Shown: positions 37,302-47,421, counted from the stretch's first letter. The stretch: DNA of 64,000 bases from Synechococcus sp. (GCA_047285805.1 JBJBCN010000003.1:1-64000), one strand, 5' to 3'. Notes: generated from the letters alone by a model not told the origin. A program made the numbers and translations.

Positions 37302-38753
37302 TTGGCCAAGCAATTCAGCCAGGAGCGACTTCGCGTCAGACCCAGCTCCCGCGAAGAAGCGGTTGTTGCTGCCGCCGAGGAGCATTTCGAGCGCACTCTG
37401 GTCCGGATTCGCGGCGAGCTCGTTGGATCCGTCGCGGCCCTCTCCCACCCCGGCGGTGGGGATGCAGCCCTGAACTACGACGAGGTCTTCCTGCGGGACA
37501 ACGTTCCCGTGATGCTCTACCTACTGCTGAAGGGCCGCTACCAGATTGTTCGGAACTTCCTCAATATCTCCCTGGAGCTTCAGAGCAGCACCTACCAAAC
37601 CCGCGGCGTATTCCCTACCAGCTTTGTCGAAAAGGGGGAGAAACTCCTTGCCGACTACGGGCAACGCTCCATTGGCCGCATTACCAGTGTCGACGCCACT
37701 CTGTGGTGGCCCGTCCTCTGCTGGCTCTACGTCAAACGCAGCAAGGACTACGAATTCGGCGCCAGTCAGAAAGTACAGCGCAGCATCCAGCTCCTGCTCG
37801 ATCTCGTCCTGCACCCCACCTTTGAGGGCACTCCGGTGCTCTTCGTGCCGGACTGCTCCTTCATGATTGACCGCCCCATGGACGTCTGGGGTGCACCGCT
37901 TGAAGTCGAAGTCCTGCTCTATGGCTGCCTCGGCTGCTGCTGCCAACTCATGGGGCTAGCCCAGCAAAGCCACAACAGCCGCTTGCTCGAGCAACGCCTT
38001 GTCCTGACCAAGCAGTGGAAGTACGACCTACGCCGCTATCTGCTGAAGCACTACTGGGTGACCAGCAAAACCATGCAGGTCCTACGGCGACGCCCCACCG
38101 AGCAATACGGGGAGCAGCAGTCCCTCAATGAATTCAACGTCCAGCCCCAGGTCATCCCCCCCTGGCTGCAGGACTGGCTTGAGGACCGCGGCGGCTATCT
38201 GATCGGCAATATGCGCACCGGCCGGCCAGACTTCCGCTTCTACAGCCTCGGCAACTGCCTCGGCTGCCTGTTTGGACTGATCACCGCCCCCCAGCAACGG
38301 GCGCTCTTCAGACTCGTCCTGCACAACCGCGATGCCCTCATGGCGCAGATGCCCATGCGTATCTGCCATCCGCCACTCGAGGGGGACAAGTGGTCCGAGA
38401 AAACCGGATCCGACCCGAAGAACTGGCCCTGGAGTTATCACAACGGCGGCCACTGGCCGAGCCTGCTCTGGTACCTCGGCGGAGCCGTCCTTCTGCATCA
38501 GCAGCTCTATCCCACGGCCGATGTCCTGCTGATGGGACAGATGCAGGCCATGCTCGAAGAGTGCTACTGGATGCAGCTCAACCAGCTGCCCAGACAGCAG
38601 TGGGCTGAGTACTTCGATGGGCCCACCGGCACCTGGGTCGGGCAACAGGCCCGAACCTATCAGACTTGGACCATAGTCGGTTTCCTCCTCCTGCACCACC
38701 TCCTCAGGGTCAAGACCGACGACGTCGGGATGCTCAACATCAACACACCCTGA
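37302..38753 (+). CDS. Alkaline/neutral invertase (GH100)
   Basis: LNYDEVFLRD, DRPMD, PDFRFYSLGN, WSYHNGGHWP and WAEYFDG; TTG start after GGAGG. Confidence 0.93.
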   Translation: MAKQFSQERLRVRPSSREEAVVAAAEEHFERTLVRIRGELVGSVAALSHPGGGDAALNYDEVFLRDNVPVMLYLLLKGRYQIVRNFLNISLELQSSTYQTRGVFPTSFVEKGEKLLADYGQRSIGRITSVDATLWWPVLCWLYVKRSKDYEFGASQKVQRSIQLLLDLVLHPTFEGTPVLFVPDCSFMIDRPMDVWGAPLEVEVLLYGCLGCCCQLMGLAQQSHNSRLLEQRLVLTKQWKYDLRRYLLKHYWVTSKTMQVLRRRPTEQYGEQQSLNEFNVQPQVIPPWLQDWLEDRGGYLIGNMRTGRPDFRFYSLGNCLGCLFGLITAPQQRALFRLVLHNRDALMAQMPMRICHPPLEGDKWSEKTGSDPKNWPWSYHNGGHWPSLLWYLGGAVLLHQQLYPTADVLLMGQMQAMLEECYWMQLNQLPRQQWAEYFDGPTGTWVGQQARTYQTWTIVGFLLLHHLLRVKTDDVGMLNINTP

Positions 38754-38763
38754 GTCCAGACGT

Positions 38764-38794
38764 AAAAAAGCCCCGGAGTTCAACCGAGGCTTTT
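38764..38794. terminator. Bidirectional terminator between the invertase gene and petD
   Basis: AAAAAAGCCCCGG-agttcaa-CCGAGGCTTTT. Confidence 0.75.
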
Positions 38795-38818
38795 GAGCTG
38801 CGGAGATGCAGATCCGAT

Positions 38819-39301
38819 TCAGAACAGGCCGAGGGTCAGGGATTTGTCGATCGGCAGAGCAGCGCCAATGCCCAGGTAGATCGTGAACACGGTGCCGAAC
38901 AGGAAGGCACCCATGGCCACGGGACGGCGGAAGGGGTTCTGGAACTTGTTGAAGCTCTCAATAAAGGGAATCAACATCAGACCCAGAGGAATCATGGTCT
39001 GCAGGGCGATACCCAGCAGCTTGTTGGGCACTACACGCAAGATCTGGAAAACCGGGTACAGGTACCACTCGGGAAGGATTTCCAGAGGAGTAGCGAACGG
39101 ATCAGCCTTATCGCCCAGCATCGCGGGGTCGAGAACAGCTAGGCCCACCAGGCAAGCCAGGGTTCCCAGGATCACCACCGGGAAGATGTAGAGCAGATCG
39201 TTCGGCCAGGCCGGCTCTCCGTAATAGTTGTGGCCCATGCCTTTGGCGAGCTTGGCCCGCAGCTTGGGATCACTGAGATCTGGCTTCTTAAGGATGTGCA
39301 T
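38819..39301 (-). CDS. petD: Cytochrome b6f subunit IV
   Basis: [14 protein letters not shown] and PEWY. Confidence 0.99.
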   Translation of the reverse strand: MHILKKPDLSDPKLRAKLAKGMGHNYYGEPAWPNDLLYIFPVVILGTLACLVGLAVLDPAMLGDKADPFATPLEILPEWYLYPVFQILRVVPNKLLGIALQTMIPLGLMLIPFIESFNKFQNPFRRPVAMGAFLFGTVFTIYLGIGAALPIDKSLTLGLF

Positions 39302-39425
39302 GAGAGTGACCGGCGTAAGGGTCGTTTATTTCCCAGTGAAAGAAGGCTAGAAACCGCCCTGGGTTTGGCGGAGCCGTCAAAAGAGAGCCGTCAGGGATCG
39401 CAACAAAGCTATCCCCAGGCTGAGA

Positions 39426-40106
39426 TCACAAAGGGCCGGATATGCCCTGTTTCCGGATCATCAGGAAGTGCATGAGCATGAACACCGCCAACAGCCAAGG
39501 CATCACAAAGGTGTGAAGGCTGTAGAAGCGAGTGAGGGTGGCCTGACCAACGCTCTCGCCGCCGCGGAGCAGCTCAACCATGAAGTCACCGACCACAGGG
39601 ACAGCAGCGGGGACGCCCGAAACAATCTTCACGGCCCAGTAACCGACCTGGTCCCAAGGGAGGGAATAACCAGTCACACCAAAGGACACAGTTATCACGG
39701 CCATAGTGACGCCGGTGATCCAGGTGAGCTCACGGGGACGCTTGAAACCTCCCGTCAGATACACGCGGAAGACGTGCAGGATCAGCATCAGCACCATCAT
39801 CGAAGCGCTCCAGCGGTGGACGGAGCGGATCAGCCATCCAAAGCTGACGTCGGTCATCAGGTACTGCACCGAGGCATAGGCCTCAGCCACGGTCGGCTTG
39901 TAATAGAAGGTCATCGCGAAGCCGGTCGCGAACTGCACTAGAAAACAGACCAGGGTGATGCCACCCAGGCAATAAAAGATGTTGACGTGGGGCGGAACGT
40001 ACTTCGAGGCGACGTCGTCAACGATGTCCTGGATGTCCAGGCGCTCGTTGAACCAGTCATAGACGGGCGATGACTTTCCGCCGGCGGCGGGTGAGGAGTT
40101 CGCCAT
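39426..40106 (-). CDS. petB: Cytochrome b6
   Basis: [14 protein letters not shown], heme-ligating histidines, RKQGISGPL. Confidence 0.99.
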   Translation of the reverse strand: MANSSPAAGGKSSPVYDWFNERLDIQDIVDDVASKYVPPHVNIFYCLGGITLVCFLVQFATGFAMTFYYKPTVAEAYASVQYLMTDVSFGWLIRSVHRWSASMMVLMLILHVFRVYLTGGFKRPRELTWITGVTMAVITVSFGVTGYSLPWDQVGYWAVKIVSGVPAAVPVVGDFMVELLRGGESVGQATLTRFYSLHTFVMPWLLAVFMLMHFLMIRKQGISGPL

Positions 40107-40156
40107 GCAGCGATTGGGTTTGGTTGGCAGAGTCTACCGATCACCTCCTGCCGCAC

Positions 40157-41428
40157 GTGAGCGCGACGCCGCTTGTGACATCACCGCCACAAAAAACGAC
40201 TCCGCGGCGCTCCAAGGGGCTCGGATCCATTGCAGCTATTGGACTTTCCTGGATTCTCAGCCTCTGGCTGACCGCGGCCCCGGCCCTGGCCCTCAACGAT
40301 GGCCAACAACTCGTGGTCGAGAGCTGGCGCCTGGTGAACCAGAGCTACGTAGATCCAGACCGCTTCGAAACCATCCATTGGAAACGGCTCCGGCAAAAGG
40401 CCTTGGAGCGCTCCATCCAAAGCAGCGCCGATGCCTATGACGCCATTGAGGCGATGCTCGCGCCCATTGGCGATCCCTACACCCGCCTGCTCAGGCCCGC
40501 CGACTTCGTCACCCTCAAAGCCAATACAGAAGGAAGCGTCAGCGGTGTTGGCCTGCAGCTGGGGATCCGTCAGGACGACACGGCCATCGTCGTCATTGCC
40601 CCCCTCGAGGGGTCGCCCGCCGCAGAAGCGAGCATCAGCAGCGCCAGCATGCTCAGCCAGGTCGACGGCATCAGCACCGCCGAGCTCGGGTTGGAAGCCA
40701 CGGCCGCACGACTGCGGGGGCAAGAAGGAACGTCGGTTCTGCTGCAGCTGATCACCCCGAGCGGCAAGCACCAAGAGGTGGAACTCAAGCGCCGGCAGGT
40801 GAATCTGCGGCCCGTGCGCAGTCGCCTACTCGATGCCGCCGGCCATCGCTTGGGCTACATCCGCATCACGCAATTCGCCGAGCCGGTGCCCCAGGAGCTG
40901 GCCAAAGCACTGGAGGACCTGGAGTCCAAGGGGATTGACGGTCTGATCCTGGATCTCAGGAACAACTCGGGGGGCCTGGTCAGTGCCGGCCTGGCCGTTG
41001 CCAACGTCTTTTTGGATGGCGGGCCCATCGTGGAAACACAAAACCGAGACGGATTTAGCGATGCCCAGCAGGCCAACATCGGCCAGCTCTATGGCGGGCC
41101 GATGTTGACCCTCGTCAATGGCGGCACCGCCAGCGCCAGCGAAATCCTGGCTGGCGCACTGCAGGACGATGAGCGCTCTGCGTTGCTGGGCAGCCGCACC
41201 TTTGGCAAAGGTCTGATCCAGACCCTGATTGGCCTCGGGGGAGATGGCAGCGGACTGGCCGTCACGGTGGCCCGCTACCTCACCCCGAGCGGCCGGGACA
41301 TCCAAAACTTGGGAATCGAGCCCAACCAGCTCTTGGCGGATCCTGAACCACTCAACCCCGGCGGCGATGGAGACACCTGGCTCGAGGTGGCTGTCCATCA
41401 GCTCGAAGAACAGATCGAGGCCGGATGA
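40157..41428 (+). CDS. ctpA: Carboxyl-terminal processing protease (S41, CtpA-like)
   Basis: DPYT, PDZ GVG, LDLRNNSGG, TASASE and TFGKG. Confidence 0.9.
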   Translation: MSATPLVTSPPQKTTPRRSKGLGSIAAIGLSWILSLWLTAAPALALNDGQQLVVESWRLVNQSYVDPDRFETIHWKRLRQKALERSIQSSADAYDAIEAMLAPIGDPYTRLLRPADFVTLKANTEGSVSGVGLQLGIRQDDTAIVVIAPLEGSPAAEASISSASMLSQVDGISTAELGLEATAARLRGQEGTSVLLQLITPSGKHQEVELKRRQVNLRPVRSRLLDAAGHRLGYIRITQFAEPVPQELAKALEDLESKGIDGLILDLRNNSGGLVSAGLAVANVFLDGGPIVETQNRDGFSDAQQANIGQLYGGPMLTLVNGGTASASEILAGALQDDERSALLGSRTFGKGLIQTLIGLGGDGSGLAVTVARYLTPSGRDIQNLGIEPNQLLADPEPLNPGGDGDTWLEVAVHQLEEQIEAG

Positions 41429-42687
41429 GCGCCCGCACTTATCACGATCCACTGCACGGGGCGATCCGTCTGTCCCGGCAGGAGCCTGCGGAAGCCCTCG
41501 CGATTGACCTGGTCGATACGCCGGTCTTTCAGCGCCTGAGGCGCATTCGGCAACTCGGGCCGGCCTACCTGACCTTCCACGGGGCCGAATCCAGTCGGTT
41601 CACCCACTCCCTCGGAGTGCTGCAACTCGCCCGCCAGGCCCTGGGGAACTTGGGGCGCAGCCATGCAGAGCTGACCGAGCACCAGGGGGTGCTCTACGCC
41701 GCGGCCCTGCTGCACGACGTCGGCCATGGCCCGCTCAGCCACACCGGCGAAGAAATGTATGGGCTACACCATGAGAGCTGGTCCAGCCGCCTAATCCGCG
41801 AGCACCCCGCGCTGCGGGAGCCTCTCGAGGCCTTTGCGCCGGGGACCGCGGATCACGTGGCGGACCTGCTCGAGCACGGCCGCTATCGCAATCCCGCGAT
41901 CAAGGCACTCGTCAGCAGCCAGCTCGACTGCGATCGCCTCGATTACCTCCTGCGCGACAGCTACAACACCGGTGCGAGCTACGGGGTCCTCGACCTCGAG
42001 CGCATCCTCGCCAGCCTGACCCTCGCCCCCGACGGCCAACTCGCCCTGCAGCCAAAGGGGCTCATGGCGGTGGAGCACTACCTCGTGGTGCGCAACCTGA
42101 TGTACCGGAGCGTCTACAACCACCGCCTCAATGTGGTCTGCAATTGGCTCCTGAACCGCACCATCGCGCTCGCCCGCGAGCTCGGTCCAGGTCAGGTCTG
42201 GGCCGATGCGGTGATGGAGCACTGGCTTTGGGACCCGAAACACCTGGATCTCGAAGCGTTCCTTGGCAATGACGACGTCCGCACGGGGTACCACCTGCAG
42301 CGCTGGCTCGAGGAGGGACCGGCCCCACTGCAACAGCTCTGCAGCCGGGTCATCAACCGGGAACTGCTGCGGGCCTCGGATCTGAGCCAGCTGCCCCAGG
42401 AGAAACGCCTCAGCCTGCTGGCCAAAGCCCAGACCCTGAGCGAAGCCGCAGGACTACGCCCCGACCTCTGTTGCGGCCTGCACCAGCAGAGCAACCACGG
42501 TTATCACCCCTATAAAGGTGGGCTCAGGCTCTGGGATGGCCATCAACTGGGGGCCATTGAGCAGCGCTCAGCCCTGATTCGGAGCTTGATCCAACCCACC
42601 CAAACCGCCTGGCTGATTCACCCGCCTGAAATCACGCCAGCGATCCGCGAGGCCCTGACCCTGGAACTTGGGGCTGGAGATTCCTAA
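41425..42687 (+). CDS. HD-domain phosphohydrolase (YdhJ/SAMHD1-like)
   Basis: QRLRRIRQLG, RFTHSLG, LLHDVGHGPLSH and DCDRLDYL. Confidence 0.92.
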   Translation: MSARTYHDPLHGAIRLSRQEPAEALAIDLVDTPVFQRLRRIRQLGPAYLTFHGAESSRFTHSLGVLQLARQALGNLGRSHAELTEHQGVLYAAALLHDVGHGPLSHTGEEMYGLHHESWSSRLIREHPALREPLEAFAPGTADHVADLLEHGRYRNPAIKALVSSQLDCDRLDYLLRDSYNTGASYGVLDLERILASLTLAPDGQLALQPKGLMAVEHYLVVRNLMYRSVYNHRLNVVCNWLLNRTIALARELGPGQVWADAVMEHWLWDPKHLDLEAFLGNDDVRTGYHLQRWLEEGPAPLQQLCSRVINRELLRASDLSQLPQEKRLSLLAKAQTLSEAAGLRPDLCCGLHQQSNHGYHPYKGGLRLWDGHQLGAIEQRSALIRSLIQPTQTAWLIHPPEITPAIREALTLELGAGDS

Positions 42688-42697
42688 CTTGCACGCC

Positions 42698-43348
42698 ATG
42701 CAGGCCGCCCCCCGTCGCTTCATTCTCAAACCACTTCGTCAGGCGGAGGCCTCAGCCCTGGAGGAAGTGGGGTCGCAACTCGGGGCGGTCGAGGGCAGCG
42801 GTACGGCTGTGCTGGTCTGTGATGACCGCCCCCTGAACCTGCCGGAACTGCGGGCCATTGCGGAGCGGCTCGAACAAGCCGCGTGGCCGCTGCTGCGCGT
42901 CGAGGCACGCGAAGCCCTCAGCCTGGTGCCCGCCGCAGCGCTTGGGCTCGAAACAGCGCTGATCGGCGACCAACGAGAGGGGATTCAGGCGGAACCGGAC
43001 AGTAGGAATCTGACCATTCATCGCGGCACCCTGCGGTCGGGGGACCACCTGCAGGTCGAGGGCTCGCTGCTGGTGCTCGGCGATGTGAACCCAGGGGCGC
43101 GGGTCAGCGCTGGTGGGGATGTCAGGGTCTGGGGGAGGCTGCGGGGCATCGCCCATGCCGGCCAGGCGGGCAACACCGCGGCCCGGATCGTGGCCCTGCA
43201 GCTGCGGCCGCTTCAACTGCGCATTGCTGATGCCGTCGCCCGCGGGCCCGAGGATGTCCCCCCACCTGGATTCAGCGAGGAAGCCCTGCTGCTCGAGGGG
43301 GCGATTGCCATCCGCCCGGCCGAACCGCTCTGGCCCCAGGACAGCTAA
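42698..43348 (+). CDS. minC: Septum site-determining protein MinC
   Basis: TLRSG, GDVNPGA, WGRLRGIAHAG and PLQLRIAD. Confidence 0.93.
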   Translation: MQAAPRRFILKPLRQAEASALEEVGSQLGAVEGSGTAVLVCDDRPLNLPELRAIAERLEQAAWPLLRVEAREALSLVPAAALGLETALIGDQREGIQAEPDSRNLTIHRGTLRSGDHLQVEGSLLVLGDVNPGARVSAGGDVRVWGRLRGIAHAGQAGNTAARIVALQLRPLQLRIADAVARGPEDVPPPGFSEEALLLEGAIAIRPAEPLWPQDS

Positions 43349-43903
43349 CGGTTCACCAAGCCCAAGACGCCCAAGCCAGCGGCCACGGCCATGAACCAGA
43401 GGGGAGAGATCTTGGTGCACAGCATCAAGAAACAGACCACCGCCGAGACCGCATAGGCCGGTGTGTCGTGATCAGGGATGCGGAGGATCTTCAGGCCAAC
43501 CGCGAAGAGCACGACCAGGGTGATCGGCCCCATCGCCCGTTCGAAGGCCAAGCGAAACGGTGAGGTCTTGAAGCGGCTCCAGCTCAAGGCCGCGATCACC
43601 ATCAACAAGGTCGAGGGCAGCAGGATCGCGACCTCCGCCATAACCCCACTGAGCAGCGCCCAAAAGGGACCCTCCTCAAAGGCCGCCCCCATGCCGAGCA
43701 AGCCGAGGATCATCGAGGTCGGGCCCGGAGCACCCTCAGCGATGGCGTAGATCTCGGCGAACTGCTGGGAGCTGAGCCAGCAGCGTGTTCCACTCACCTA
43801 GGGAAAACAGCGAGAGGCTCAGGAAATCCCAGATAACGGCGATCAGGTTGCGCCAATGCCCCAGATGGGCGGGTTAGCAGACCGCAGCCAGAAGAAGGGT
43901 CAT
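43345..43903 (-). pseudogene. Short-chain chromate transporter (CHR) pseudogene, second subunit
   Basis: ATG at 43903, TAA at codon 10 (43874-43876), LSLFSLGEWNTLL then a frameshift near 43780 into CWLSSQQF..APGP. Confidence 0.85.
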
Positions 43904-44434
43904 GGCTTTCTCGGCCAGTACCAGGCCATGGCCAAGGGACCCGCCACCAGCACCAAGGGCACCAGGCGAACGTTGCAGACGGTCATCGCCACAAAACTGA
44001 TGGCCGCCAGCAACAGGGCGACCCGGTCGTGGAGATATGCCGCGGCAATCTTGAAGCCCATCGAGAGGGCCATGCCTGCAGAGGCCTTAATCAATCCCGC
44101 CAGGAGACGATCCGTCGCCATCGACGTGTGCAGGTAGTAGTAGGCGAGTCCCAGGCCCATCAGCACGCTGAAGGGCAGCAGCAAGATCCCCGCCAAGGCC
44201 GCCAAGGCTCCACCTAAGCCGCGGAAATGGCTACCGATGTAGATCGCCATGTTGATCTGGTTCGGTCGAGGGAAGAGGCACGCGACCGTCAGAACAGTGA
44301 CGAACTCCTGCTTGCTCATACAGGCCTTGTCTTCCACGACGATCCGCTCGCTCCACGCCTAGAGCCCGCCTCCCAATGAGGGGAGGGCCACCTGCTGCAT
44401 GCCCCAGAACAATTGCCAATGGGTGGGGGGGCAT
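43900..44434 (-). pseudogene. Short-chain chromate transporter (CHR) pseudogene, first subunit
   Basis: WQLFWG..LGGGL*AWSERIVVE..EF..PRPNQIN with TAG at 44359-44361; ATG out of frame next to a C7 run. Confidence 0.85.
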
Positions 44435-45231
44435 CAGTCGTGCACGAAGTGGGGGTCGGGCGGCAGCTCACCCTCCTCGTGATAAGCGGGATCGAGGGGG
44501 TCAGGGGCGCTGTACTTCTTGGCGGCCTCCCAGTCGGCGTTGAACGTCTCGGACAACCGAGCGATGACGTCCGGTGCATCCACCCCAATGCCCAATTCGC
44601 GGCGGAGATCAAAGGCACTGCGGTCGATGTTCATCGATCCGGTCATCGCGGCCTGCTCATCCACCAAGATCAACTTGGTGTGCTGAATCCGCAGGGTCGC
44701 CTGGGCGCTATCGATGACCCGGGCGATCTGCCCGCGGCTGTGAACATTGCTCCAAACCAAGCCCACATCAAAGCGCGGGTCGAAGGCCCGGCGTTCCCAG
44801 TCGGCTTCAAAACCCGCGACCACCTGCTCGATGACGAGCGAGTCCTGGCTGATGACGCCTTAATTACGGGTTTCCCTGAAGTACTTGTCCGAGAGGTTGA
44901 AGGTGGCAATCAGGGCGGGATGGCCATCGATGACCATGGATTTCTCATGGGTGACCGGGAAGTGATCGCTGGTCCAGGCCCCCTCCACACCCCAGCTCTC
45001 AAGCAGGGCGTAGGCCTCGTCGTTCCAGCAGTCACCGCCGGAGGTGTGGGGATTGAGCATCACGCGGATCCGCACACACCGTTGCTGTGCGCGAAGGAGG
45101 GCCTGCTCGACGGCCTCGCTCTAGAACTTGAACTGCTTGATCAGCAGTTGGGACTGGGCCCGATCAATCAACGCAACGACCACCTCAGCCCCGTCATCAG
45201 GCATCACGAGAAGACGCTGACTGGCTGCCAT
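44434..45231 (-). pseudogene. Phospholipase D / cardiolipin-synthase-like pseudogene
   Basis: Two HxKxxxxD motifs (HEKSMVID, HTKLILVD) and GSMN; in-frame TAG at 45121-45123 and TAA at 44860-44862. Confidence 0.88.
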
Positions 45232-45310
45232 GGCGGCCTAGAGATGACGTCTGATTTCTATAGGGAAACGGCTGGATTGGCCTTAACCTTCATCCACGTT
45301 TCGGTGCGCT

Positions 45311-46126
45311 GTGGCCCTCAATAGTCGCTTCATCCTGATCTGCTCAGGTAAAGGGGGTGTGGGCAAAACCACCCTGACAGCCAACTTGGGCATTGCTCTG
45401 GCCAGGCAGGGCATGCGCACGGCCGTGCTGGATGCCGACTTCGGTCTGCGCAACCTGGATCTCCTGCTGGGCCTCGAGAACCGGATCGTCTACACCGCCC
45501 AGGACGTTCTCTCGGAGAACTGCCGCCTTGAGCAGGCGCTTGTGAAGCACAAGCAGGAGCCCAACCTCGCCCTGCTGCCTGCGGGCAATCCGCGGATGCT
45601 CGAGTGGCTGAAGCCCGAGGACATGCAAACCATCGCCGAGATGCTCAGCGAGACCCATGACATCGTCCTGATCGACTGCCCGGCGGGCATCGAAGACGGC
45701 TTCAAGAACGCTGCCGCCGCGGCCAAGGAAGCGATCGTGATCACCACCCCTGAAGTGTCCGCGGTGCGCGACGCTGACCGGGTGATAGGCCTGCTCAACA
45801 CACGGGGCATCAAGCCGATTCAGATGGTGCTGAACCGGGTTCGCCCGAAGATGATGGCCAACCAGGAAATGCTGGCAGTGGATGACGTCACCGACATCCT
45901 GGCCCTGCCTCTGTTGGGGCTGGTGCTCGAAGACGAGCAAGTGATTGTGAGCACCAACCGCGGTGAACCCCTCACCCTGAACGGCTCCAACTGCCCCGCC
46001 GCCACCGCTTACAGCAACATTGCTCGGCGCATCTGCGGCGAGGACGTGCCGCTCATCGATCCCTCCAAGGTGAAACAAAGCTTGCGCGCCAAGCTCAGCC
46101 GCCTGATGCAAACCAAGATTTTCTGA
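45311..46126 (+). CDS. minD: Septum site-determining ATPase MinD
   Basis: [26 protein letters not shown] and VRDADR. Confidence 0.98.
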   Translation: MALNSRFILICSGKGGVGKTTLTANLGIALARQGMRTAVLDADFGLRNLDLLLGLENRIVYTAQDVLSENCRLEQALVKHKQEPNLALLPAGNPRMLEWLKPEDMQTIAEMLSETHDIVLIDCPAGIEDGFKNAAAAAKEAIVITTPEVSAVRDADRVIGLLNTRGIKPIQMVLNRVRPKMMANQEMLAVDDVTDILALPLLGLVLEDEQVIVSTNRGEPLTLNGSNCPAATAYSNIARRICGEDVPLIDPSKVKQSLRAKLSRLMQTKIF

Positions 46127-46130
46127 ACTG

Positions 46131-46505
46131 ATGAGCCTGCGCGAATTCATTGACAAGTTGCTTGGGCGTCAGACCGCCAGCGCCACCACGGCCAAAGAGC
46201 GCCTTCAGCTCGTGCTGGCCCATGACCGCAGCGACCTAAATCCGGAATTGCTAGAGCAGATGCGCCGCGAGATTCTCGAGGTGGTCAGCCGCTACGTCGA
46301 GATCGACCTCGGCGAAGGGGATGTGAGCCTCGAGACCGAGGACCGCGTGACCGCGCTGGTGGCCAACCTGCCAATCCGCCGGGCCATTTTTAAGCCAACC
46401 CCGGCTGAAACCGAGGACGCCGCAGAGACCAAGGAAAGCAGCGAGTCCCCGAGCTCAGGGACGGAAGCGAGAGAAGCCGAAGAGGTGATCGTCGGCCAGG
46501 GCTGA
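46131..46505 (+). CDS. minE: Cell division topological specificity factor MinE with acidic tail
   Basis: [17 protein letters not shown] and LVANLPI. Confidence 0.96.
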   Translation: MSLREFIDKLLGRQTASATTAKERLQLVLAHDRSDLNPELLEQMRREILEVVSRYVEIDLGEGDVSLETEDRVTALVANLPIRRAIFKPTPAETEDAAETKESSESPSSGTEAREAEEVIVGQG

Positions 46506-46544
46506 TTGTTGGGAAGGCTGAGCTGAGGGAAGCCGCCTCTCCCC

Positions 46545-46747
46545 ATGGTTGCCCCCGCAGGACTTCAACCCACTCCAGCAGAGCGGCGTGTGCTCCCGGA
46601 ATTGCGACGCGGCAAAAGCAACGCATCGATCGCGACCACTCTGGCCATCAGCCGGCGCGCGTCGAATGCCACCTCTCACGACTCCTCAGCAAAGCCGGTT
46701 GCCGTAACCGCACCCAGCTGCTGCTCTGGTCCATGACCGAGAGATAA
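46545..46747 (+). pseudogene. Small LuxR-type HTH regulator, frameshifted
   Basis: TPAERRVL..LRRGKSNASIATTLAISRR, then a frame change near 46655-46660 to VECHLSRLLSKAGCRNRTQLLLW. Confidence 0.8.
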
Positions 46748-46772
46748 GCTCTGGCAGGGGCCAGTCCCCGTT

Positions 46773-46844
46773 GCCGGCTTAGCTCAGTGGTAGAGCAGCG
46801 CTTTTGTAAAGCGAAGGCCATCGGTTCAAATCCGTTAGCCGGCT
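46773..46844 (+). tRNA. tRNA-Thr(TGT)
   Basis: GCCGGCTTAGCTCAGTGG...TTTGTAA...GGTTCAAATCC...AGCCGGCT. Confidence 0.96.
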
Positions 46845-46884
46845 TTTCAAGGACAGTCCCTGTCTTCTCCGTCAATCAGCACTC

Positions 46885-47271
46885 CTACTGCTGGGGTGAT
46901 GAGGCTGCCTTTCTCGGACTCCAGAGAGCACTCAGCGCCAGCCAAGGCAGGAGAACCGCGAGCGCTGTGATCAGCCAGCGATGGGTCTGCCATCGACTGC
47001 TGATCATGGCCGTGTCGCCAGCCGCTAGGACATTGCTTTCAACGGCTGGCGAAGCGCCGAACCAAAGCCATTTGATCAGCCAAGGCCACAAAAAGGCCAG
47101 GCCTGGAATGATCAGGACGCGGAAGTCAATGTTTCTCCAACCCTTCGCGGAGGGATCGATCCGTTGAACGCAAAAGACGGTGATCACGATCGCAATCACC
47201 AAGCTCGCGGAGACGTAAGCCCTCAGGCCATCGACGACGGCACGAACAAGCGGCAGAGAACCATCAAGCAC
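46885..47271 (-). CDS. Hypothetical membrane protein
   Basis: Three hydrophobic segments; RIDPSAKG..FRVLIIPG...LWP. Confidence 0.55.
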   Translation of the reverse strand: MLDGSLPLVRAVVDGLRAYVSASLVIAIVITVFCVQRIDPSAKGWRNIDFRVLIIPGLAFLWPWLIKWLWFGASPAVESNVLAAGDTAMISSRWQTHRWLITALAVLLPWLALSALWSPRKAASSPQQ

Positions 47272-47373
47272 CTGGCAGATAAGCCTTGTGTGCGAAGACT
47301 AGAGATGCTCAAAAGAAGGCTCCACTTCATTCACCAATCGCTGAAACACCAGTACAGACCGAACGAGACGCAC

Positions 47374-47399
47374 AAAAAAGCCCCGCAGATGCGGGGCTA
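47374..47399 (-). terminator. Intrinsic terminator of the DUF4278 gene
   Basis: Minus strand AGCCCCGCA-tc-TGCGGGGCT-TTTTT. Confidence 0.88.
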
Positions 47400-47421
47400 G
47401 TGACTTCACATCAAGCGGGGA

